A stretch of DNA of 63,610 bases, from assembly GCA_965659745.1 (NCBI GenBank), contig CBFHXF010000001.1:55764-119373 (forward strand), read 5' to 3'. Position numbers and translations under genes: made by a program. Shown piece after piece: positions 57,922-63,610 of this stretch; the stretch's first letter is position 1, and each line of letters opens with the position of its first letter. Under the pieces are notes generated by a model that was given only the letters and a program-made list of their open reading frames with translations, was not told the origin of the DNA and did no database searches. The DNA comes from Bacteroidia bacterium. GTDB lineage: Bacteria > Bacteroidota > Bacteroidia > NS11-12g > UBA955.

Positions 57922-59566
57922 TCAATTTGCTTTTGCGCCTTCCGTAAACGAAGTAAAATACCAATCCGATAAAAAACCATATACCAAACCACTTCCAATT
58001 TTCAATCGTCATTCCGGTTAACAAATATAAGCAAATAGCTACGCCACATAAGGGTATTAGGTTCCATTTATTCTTCCAGGCAAAAATCGACATCCCAATC
58101 AAACATATCCATAAGATCCGATGTGCCATGGTGTACATCATATCCGAGCCACCCGAAATTATCTCTAAAATATAGCCAGGAATAAAAATCCATGCTAATA
58201 ATCCCGATCCAATGCAAATCAAGGGAAATAACCATTGACCGTTGATATACCACAATCGAAACCCTTTTCCGTCCCCCTTTTTTCTCTGGGGAAGCAAAAG
58301 AACGCCGCCACACACCAATACAAAAGCAAAAATTGTCCCAATGGAAGTAAAGTCTAAAACAAAGGCTTCATCAGTGAAAAATATGGGCAACCCCACAACT
58401 ACGCCCGTCATTATGGTAGAAAAACCAGGTGTTTTGTATTTGGGATGTATTTGAGCAAACTTTTTTGGCAGCAAGCCATCTCTACTCATTGACATCCAAA
58501 TTCGAGGCTGTCCCATTTGGAAAACCAACAATACCCCCGTCATGGCAATAATAGCCGAGGCTCCCACAATATATTCCAACCAATGAACACCTTTATATTG
58601 CAATGCAAACGCTAAAGGATCATCCACATTCAATAATGAATAGGGAACCATACCCGTTAATACCAATGATATAAATATATAGAGCACCGTACATATTAAT
58701 AAGGAATAAAACATTCCTTTAGGTAAATCACGCTCTGGATGTTTGCTCTCTTCGGCCAATGTACTAACGGCATCAAAACCTATATAGGTAAAAAACACGG
58801 CCGATACGCCCGCCATTATACCTTTCATGCCTGATGGATTGAAAGGAGTGTAATTTTCAATATCAATGTAAAAAGCGCCAACCGCAATCACCGCAATGAT
58901 TATAACCAATTTCAATATTACCATTGCATTGCTCACTTGCTTGCTCTCTTTTATGCCCCGGTAAACTAAAATGGTAATCAAAATATTTATCAATACAGCA
59001 GGTGCGTCAAAGATCAATCGCAAATTGCCAATAATCGGTGCCGTATTCCATGCTTTCATGGCATCTAATTGATCAACAGTAAGGGTTACGTATTGTGATT
59101 GCTGTGAAAAAACCCGAGAAGCGGTGCGATAATCCACCGTTAGCCATCGGGGTAAATGTAAATTAAAGGCATCTAACATATGGGTCACATAACCACTCCA
59201 AGAAAATGCGATGTAAATATTCCCGATTGAATATTCCATGATTAAGGCCCAACCTATAATCCACGCAAACAATTCTCCAAAAGAAGCATACGCATAGGTA
59301 TAAGCGCTTCCGGAAACCGGAATCCGTGCGGCAAACTCTGCATAACAAAGTGCCGCAAAGCCACAAGCTACAGCACAAATTAAAAACAACCAGATAACTC
59401 CGGGGCCGCCTTCCGAGCAAGCGCGACCTACGGAACTAAAAATACCCCCACCGATTATGGCCGCGATACCAAAAAAGGTTAGATCGCGAAGACCTAACAC
59501 GCGCGACATTTGAGAATCCGAAGCTGCTGGAAAGTCAGTTTTTCGTCGAAAAAGTGCCCTAAACAT
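57911..59566 (-). CDS. Amino acid permease (APC superfamily, cationic amino acid transporter-like)
   Basis: Start moved to the ATG at 59566 (MFRALFRRK...). Has GIAAIIGGGIFSSVG and SGSAYTYAYASFGE and is polytopic with about 14 TM helices. Confidence 0.8.
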   Translation of the reverse strand: MFRALFRRKTDFPAASDSQMSRVLGLRDLTFFGIAAIIGGGIFSSVGRACSEGGPGVIWLFLICAVACGFAALCYAEFAARIPVSGSAYTYAYASFGELFAWIIGWALIMEYSIGNIYIAFSWSGYVTHMLDAFNLHLPRWLTVDYRTASRVFSQQSQYVTLTVDQLDAMKAWNTAPIIGNLRLIFDAPAVLINILITILVYRGIKESKQVSNAMVILKLVIIIAVIAVGAFYIDIENYTPFNPSGMKGIMAGVSAVFFTYIGFDAVSTLAEESKHPERDLPKGMFYSLLICTVLYIFISLVLTGMVPYSLLNVDDPLAFALQYKGVHWLEYIVGASAIIAMTGVLLVFQMGQPRIWMSMSRDGLLPKKFAQIHPKYKTPGFSTIMTGVVVGLPIFFTDEAFVLDFTSIGTIFAFVLVCGGVLLLPQRKKGDGKGFRLWYINGQWLFPLICIGSGLLAWIFIPGYILEIISGGSDMMYTMAHRILWICLIGMSIFAWKNKWNLIPLCGVAICLYLLTGMTIENWKWFGIWFFIGLVFYFVYGRRKSKLNEA

Positions 59567-59632
59567 GTTTGCCAAGGTGCGATATTACCCACTTTATTCG
59601 CTTGAGACAAATTATTTAATATCTTTGTTTAA

Positions 59633-60064
59633 ATGAAATCGTTTTTGGCCACTTTTTTCCTAAGTATTCTACTCATTAGCAGTGGTATGCTTACTGCGGT
59701 CATAGACGTATGTTGTTTGAATGAAGAAATGAGCATTTCAAAGAATCAAGATTGCTGCGCCGGACATACCCATCCCAAGCCTAAATCATGTTGTGAAGTT
59801 GCAAAGACTGATGATGTATATTCTGTTGATTCTCACGAGTCTTGTGAGTTTGACTTTTGGTATTACTACACTCCCAAATTCATTGAGGAAGCGGCAAATA
59901 AAATAACCTCAAGTATTTCCAATCAGACTTTCCCCATTAAAATCGAAAGAATGTTAAGTGCTATACCCGCTATAGCAATCATACCTCACAATAACTATCA
60001 AAATTACCCACCTCCATTGCCCAGTAGACATATACTGGAGCAACATTGCAAATGGATTATTTAG
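59633..60064 (+). CDS. Small Cys/His-rich exported or membrane-anchored protein (possibly the HYC_CC_PP-type family)
   Basis: 143 aa with an N-terminal hydrophobic segment. Carries three CC pairs (DVCC, DCCAGHTH, SCCEV) and a C-terminal YPPPLP. The family name is recalled from memory only. Confidence 0.45.
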   Translation: MKSFLATFFLSILLISSGMLTAVIDVCCLNEEMSISKNQDCCAGHTHPKPKSCCEVAKTDDVYSVDSHESCEFDFWYYYTPKFIEEAANKITSSISNQTFPIKIERMLSAIPAIAIIPHNNYQNYPPPLPSRHILEQHCKWII

Positions 60065-60119
60065 GCCGTTAGTTAATCTTAACCGAGAAACTAATACAGA
60101 CTAATTAAACCTTATAGCA

Positions 60120-60491
60120 ATGAAAAAGAAATTAAATATAAACTTATGGATGCTCATGCTCAGCTTTATAATGTTAAGCATGAATGGATGTGCCTTATTT
60201 CAAGGCAATAAAAACAAAGTAAATACTTCATTTACAGTGTATGGAAACTGTGAAATGTGTAAAGAACGCATAGAAACGGCCTTAGATCGCAAAGGAATTC
60301 AAACCGCCTATTGGAGTAAAGAAGAGCAAAAGGTATTTATCACCTATCAATCTAATCTTTTTACCGAAGAACAGCTACATAATATAGTTGCCATGGTGGG
60401 TCATGATACGGAAAAAGTAAAAGCCGATAATATTGTGTATCAAAATTTACCCGGTTGCTGTCATTATAGAAAAGAAGAAGCAGAATGGTAA
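60120..60491 (+). CDS. Heavy-metal-associated (HMA) domain lipoprotein
   Basis: 123 aa. The lipobox-like LSMNGC follows a signal peptide. The HMA-like FTVYGNCEMCKERIETAL provides a CxxC, and there is an extra C-terminal PGCCH. Confidence 0.65.
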   Translation: MKKKLNINLWMLMLSFIMLSMNGCALFQGNKNKVNTSFTVYGNCEMCKERIETALDRKGIQTAYWSKEEQKVFITYQSNLFTEEQLHNIVAMVGHDTEKVKADNIVYQNLPGCCHYRKEEAEW

Positions 60492-62527
60492 GGTGCATTT
60501 TCTTAAGTGGACTCCTCATTGCGGGGAGTCCACTTTTGTCGCAAATCGATACGATTAAAACCGTTGAAATTTCCGCAGAACATGATGGTCATCAACATAA
60601 TACAGAGGGAGCTCAGCTCAAAACCACGTTAACCGAGAATGAATTTAAAAAAGCCGCTTGTTGTACTCTTTCAGAAAGTTTTGAACTTAGTAATACGGTA
60701 GAGGTTTCTAATAAAGACGGTATTTCTGGTATTAGACAAGTCGAAATGCTCGGATTGTCTGGCAAGTACGTGTTAATGACTCGCAATAACATGCCTATCT
60801 TAAATGGCATTGCTCAATTGAATGGACTTTCGAATATTCCAGGGGCGTTTGTGGCCAATGTCAATATCGCCAAAGGCAATGGTAGCACGACTTTGGGATA
60901 TGAAGGATTAACCGGCGGTATTGATTATGACTTAAAGTCGAGTGCTAAAGATCCACGTTTGTTTTTCAATGCGTATCAAAATAATCAGGGGCGGTCTGAG
61001 GTAAATCTCATGTTTAAAAAAGACATCAACCGGAATTTACGCAACTTTACCTATTTACATGGAGGTACGCAGTGGATGACTACCGATATGAATCGCGATG
61101 GTTATACCGATATGCCCATAACCGATAGAATTTATTTAGGCAATCAAACCCATTTTCAAACTAAAAATACCGAAGGTATGGTAGGCATTACCTATTGGGA
61201 AGACGGCAAAATGGGCGGGGCTACTAATGAAACCGGCGGCAATGAATTAACCACAAATCCGAATGATTTCATGTTCCGCAGCAAAGAAAGTCGTTTAGAT
61301 GTATTTGCTAAATTAGGAATAATTCCCACAGAAGGAGAAACCACCTTTGGCAATATTTTCAATTTCTCAAGGCATCGAATGAATTATAACTTGAATTCGT
61401 TGATTAATAGAACCTACAACGCCGATGAACTGCGCTTTAATTACAGCGGTTTGATGCAAACGGAATTAACCGAAACGTGGGGACTTAAAACGGGCGTTTC
61501 TTTTTTAGCCACCCAATTAGACGAAACATTTAACAGCCTTTCATTTGTAACGCCTATGAAGCCACCCACCTACCAAGGCCAAATTAACGAATTACAATTT
61601 GGTGCATTTGGTGAAGCGGTTTATGCTACCGATGAATTGAAAATGGTTTTAGGCGCTCGTTTGGACCATCACAACTATCATGGTTGGTTTGCTACACCTC
61701 GTGCCCACATAAAGTGGGATTTGAATCACAATAATAGCTTATTTATTCAAGGTGGTTATGGTCGCAGACAAGCGTATGTAATTGCCGAGAATTTGCCTTA
61801 CATGATCAACAACCGACTAGTAAATGGTAATTTTCTGAATCGTTCGGAGCCTATGACCCTACCCTATGGCTTTAATCAAGAACGCGGTTGGAATTATGGA
61901 GTTTCTTATTTGAAAAGACTCATGTTCTTGGGTTATCCAAGTTCGATTTCGATAGATGTGTTTCGCAATCAATTCGACAGTCGGATTGTGATGGATCAGG
62001 AAAATTACACCGAAGTTAATTTTGTGCAACTAACAGGTGCAGACGCTGGATATTCAGAAAGTATTCATACCGAATGGAGTTTCATGCCTGCCATGCGATT
62101 TGAAGTGCGCTTGGCGTATCGTTATGTGAATAATGTTCAGAAATTAGGAGGCGAAATGCAATTGAAACCCTTGTTAAGTCAACACAGAGGACTTGCTACA
62201 TTAACCTATAAAACACGCAACAAATGGTATTTCGATTTGGTAGGAAGCGTGAATGGGCCTAAGCGCTTATTTGAACGTCCTCAAATAAGACCAGGTCCGG
62301 TTGATCAACCATTGAAAACTCCGACCTACGCGTTATTCAATGTACAAGTGCGTAAATCTTGGAATTCAGGTCTAGAAGTGTACTTGGGTGCTGAAAATAT
62401 TGGAAATTTCCGTCAAATGGATCCTATTTTCACCTACCCTTGGGGAGGTGACATTGATGCTAGTTACAGCTGGGGTCCCGCAAACGGAAGATTATTTTAC
62501 CTCGGAGTTCGATACGAATTGAAATAA
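60485..62527 (+). CDS. TonB-dependent outer-membrane receptor
   Basis: 680 aa. Has a signal peptide, a TonB-box-like DTIKTVEISA, a His-rich HDGHQHN and a plug region (GIRQVEMLGLSGKYVLMTRNNMPILNG). The barrel is long and ends in a C-terminal strand, LGVRYELK. The ATG overlaps the HMA gene stop (ATGGTAA). Confidence 0.75.
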   Translation: MVRCIFLSGLLIAGSPLLSQIDTIKTVEISAEHDGHQHNTEGAQLKTTLTENEFKKAACCTLSESFELSNTVEVSNKDGISGIRQVEMLGLSGKYVLMTRNNMPILNGIAQLNGLSNIPGAFVANVNIAKGNGSTTLGYEGLTGGIDYDLKSSAKDPRLFFNAYQNNQGRSEVNLMFKKDINRNLRNFTYLHGGTQWMTTDMNRDGYTDMPITDRIYLGNQTHFQTKNTEGMVGITYWEDGKMGGATNETGGNELTTNPNDFMFRSKESRLDVFAKLGIIPTEGETTFGNIFNFSRHRMNYNLNSLINRTYNADELRFNYSGLMQTELTETWGLKTGVSFLATQLDETFNSLSFVTPMKPPTYQGQINELQFGAFGEAVYATDELKMVLGARLDHHNYHGWFATPRAHIKWDLNHNNSLFIQGGYGRRQAYVIAENLPYMINNRLVNGNFLNRSEPMTLPYGFNQERGWNYGVSYLKRLMFLGYPSSISIDVFRNQFDSRIVMDQENYTEVNFVQLTGADAGYSESIHTEWSFMPAMRFEVRLAYRYVNNVQKLGGEMQLKPLLSQHRGLATLTYKTRNKWYFDLVGSVNGPKRLFERPQIRPGPVDQPLKTPTYALFNVQVRKSWNSGLEVYLGAENIGNFRQMDPIFTYPWGGDIDASYSWGPANGRLFYLGVRYELK

Positions 62528-62530
62528 AAA

Positions 62531-62566
62531 AAAGCCCATTAAGAATTGTTATTCTGAATGGGCTTT
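62531..62566. terminator. Bidirectional hairpin terminator after the TonB-dependent receptor gene
   Basis: aaagcccatt ... aatgggcttt outer stem with an inner agaat/attct pairing. An A-run precedes it and ttaaaatttt follows. It overlaps the last codons of the convergent 62539 gene. Confidence 0.6.
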
Positions 62567-62895
62567 AAAATTTTCTCAAAAGGTACTTCTTTATGATAAA
62601 CAAAGAAGTCAATCCAATATTTGATAATATCGTTCAAGTTGTAATCAATGATATCCATTAATTTTTGCTTGTCCTTGTCATCTAATTCTGGAGCGCCCTC
62701 AACGGGTGCCATTTCAAAGCCTTTAAATAAGCCGTTTTCAAGGTGCACGATGATTTTTGACAGCTTCTCACTATTCTCCACATGGCCATAAAACACCAAA
62801 GGCTCCCTGTCTTTTCGGCTAATGTAGATTTGCAAGCCCATGTATTCAAACAAGTGCTGTTCATCATTTACGAAAGATTGGATTGATAGTGCCAT
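62539..62895 (-). CDS. Hypothetical protein, DUF4160-like
   Basis: 118 aa. The layout (beta-rich N-terminal part, then KDKQKLMDIIDYNLNDIIKYWIDFF) resembles DUF4160 proteins, but the usual PPHFH motif is absent. Confidence 0.3.
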   Translation of the reverse strand: MALSIQSFVNDEQHLFEYMGLQIYISRKDREPLVFYGHVENSEKLSKIIVHLENGLFKGFEMAPVEGAPELDDKDKQKLMDIIDYNLNDIIKYWIDFFVYHKEVPFEKILKPIQNNNS

Positions 62896-62921
62896 TGTGT
62901 AACTTTTGTAAAGTTAGACAC

Positions 62922-62957
62922 TTTTGTTGAGTTTTTTCTATTTTTGTTGAGTTTTTT
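62922..62957. repeat. Tandem direct repeat, 16-nt exact unit at a 20-nt period
   Basis: ttttgttgagtttttt occurs at 62922-62937 and again at 62942-62957. The stop codon of the DUF2520 gene (62938-62940) lies between the copies. Confidence 0.8.
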
Positions 62958-63610
62958 GTGTAATATAATTAGTAATGCTCTGGTAAAGTTCTTTTTCTAG
63001 GGGGAAATCCGTTAAGTCATCTAGATGTTTAAGAATGGTTTGTTCATCGTTTCGCACCGCCGGTCCTGTTTGTAATTTTGACGCTTTTGCAATTGCCCAT
63101 CGGCTAACCGTTTGAACAGCAATAGGTAATAATGCTTCTGTAATCTCTTCTTTTGTCAAACCATTTAAGGTTTCCTCGGCCGCATGCAGCATGGCATTCG
63201 TGAAATTGTTCACAAAAACCGCAGCCAAATGTCTTTTTCTTCTATCGTCAGAATTGATCTCGCGACTTTCCAACTCTAAGGATTTCTTCAACAAAGAAAA
63301 ATACGCGCGTAATCCTGGTTCTTCTACTTCGGTAAAAACAGGCACCGATTTCCAGTCAATTGGAAATCCTTTTTTAAAACTGTAGAGCGGATACCAAACC
63401 CCGACATTATCTTTCCAATCATTTTCAAGAGCGAGAGCGCCCGAACAATAAACCATTTTTAGATTATGTTCTTTACCTAAGTCTATAAACGAAGGAATGA
63501 ACGTGTCGGGCACACATAACCACAAAATATCATTTGAATTTAATTCGGTTATTTGTTCGGCTGTAATAAACTGGAATGGCACCTTTCTATCTTGGAACAA
63601 TAATGATAAA
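62938..63610 (-). CDS. Rossmann-like / DUF2520 domain protein, N-terminus outside the window
   Basis: The frame stays open to the window edge upstream of the TTG at 63600. The C-terminal KLQTGPAVRNDEQTILKHL is the DUF2520 signature I recall. Confidence 0.55.
   Translation of the reverse strand, partial: LSLLFQDRKVPFQFITAEQITELNSNDILWLCVPDTFIPSFIDLGKEHNLKMVYCSGALALENDWKDNVGVWYPLYSFKKGFPIDWKSVPVFTEVEEPGLRAYFSLLKKSLELESREINSDDRRKRHLAAVFVNNFTNAMLHAAEETLNGLTKEEITEALLPIAVQTVSRWAIAKASKLQTGPAVRNDEQTILKHLDDLTDFPLEKELYQSITNYITQKTQQK

Noticed and set aside
1-63610. I looked for CRISPR arrays, tRNA/rRNA/tmRNA genes, riboswitches (for example FMN before ribH), IS elements and prophage genes.
   Set aside because: None was found by eye. 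Intergenic regions are short (at most about 175 nt) and are accounted for by terminators and promoter-like boxes. ribH has only a 14-nt upstream spacer. A covariance-model scan (Infernal/Rfam, tRNAscan) would be needed to be definitive.

Overview
This is a dense, low-GC chromosomal window, most likely from a Bacteroidota (Flavobacteriia-like) genome. Supporting signs are a fused lpxC/fabZ, three proteins with T9SS C-terminal sorting domains, TAnnTTTG-type promoter boxes, a DUF349 protein and a long LepB. I call about 58 protein genes, nearly all housekeeping: serC-serA-DUF1015, all 14 complex I (nuo) genes, a membrane pyrophosphatase, lpxD-lpxC/fabZ-lpxA, murF, mltG/dapB/lepB, pyrR-pyrB, pdhA, ribH and several transporters. 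I found no rRNA, tRNA, CRISPR array, transposase, integrase or phage gene, and no convincing defence island or mobile element. All product calls rest on motif recall from the translated ORFs, because no searches could be run. Five things deserve a second look. (1) The nuo operon is cut between nuoH and nuoI by about 24 kb of unrelated genes. (2) The membrane PPase carries a C-terminal tail of about 85 aa with 10 Cys. (3) A translationally coupled trio (Cys-rich protein, HMA lipoprotein, TonB-dependent receptor) looks like an uncharacterised metal-handling module. (4) A LexA-like XRE/S24 repressor has nested palindromes over its own promoter. (5) Two tightly coupled gene sets link known and unknown functions: Zn-ribbon methyltransferase plus CrtA-like protein, and EVE-pyrR-pyrB-asparaginase-OMP.
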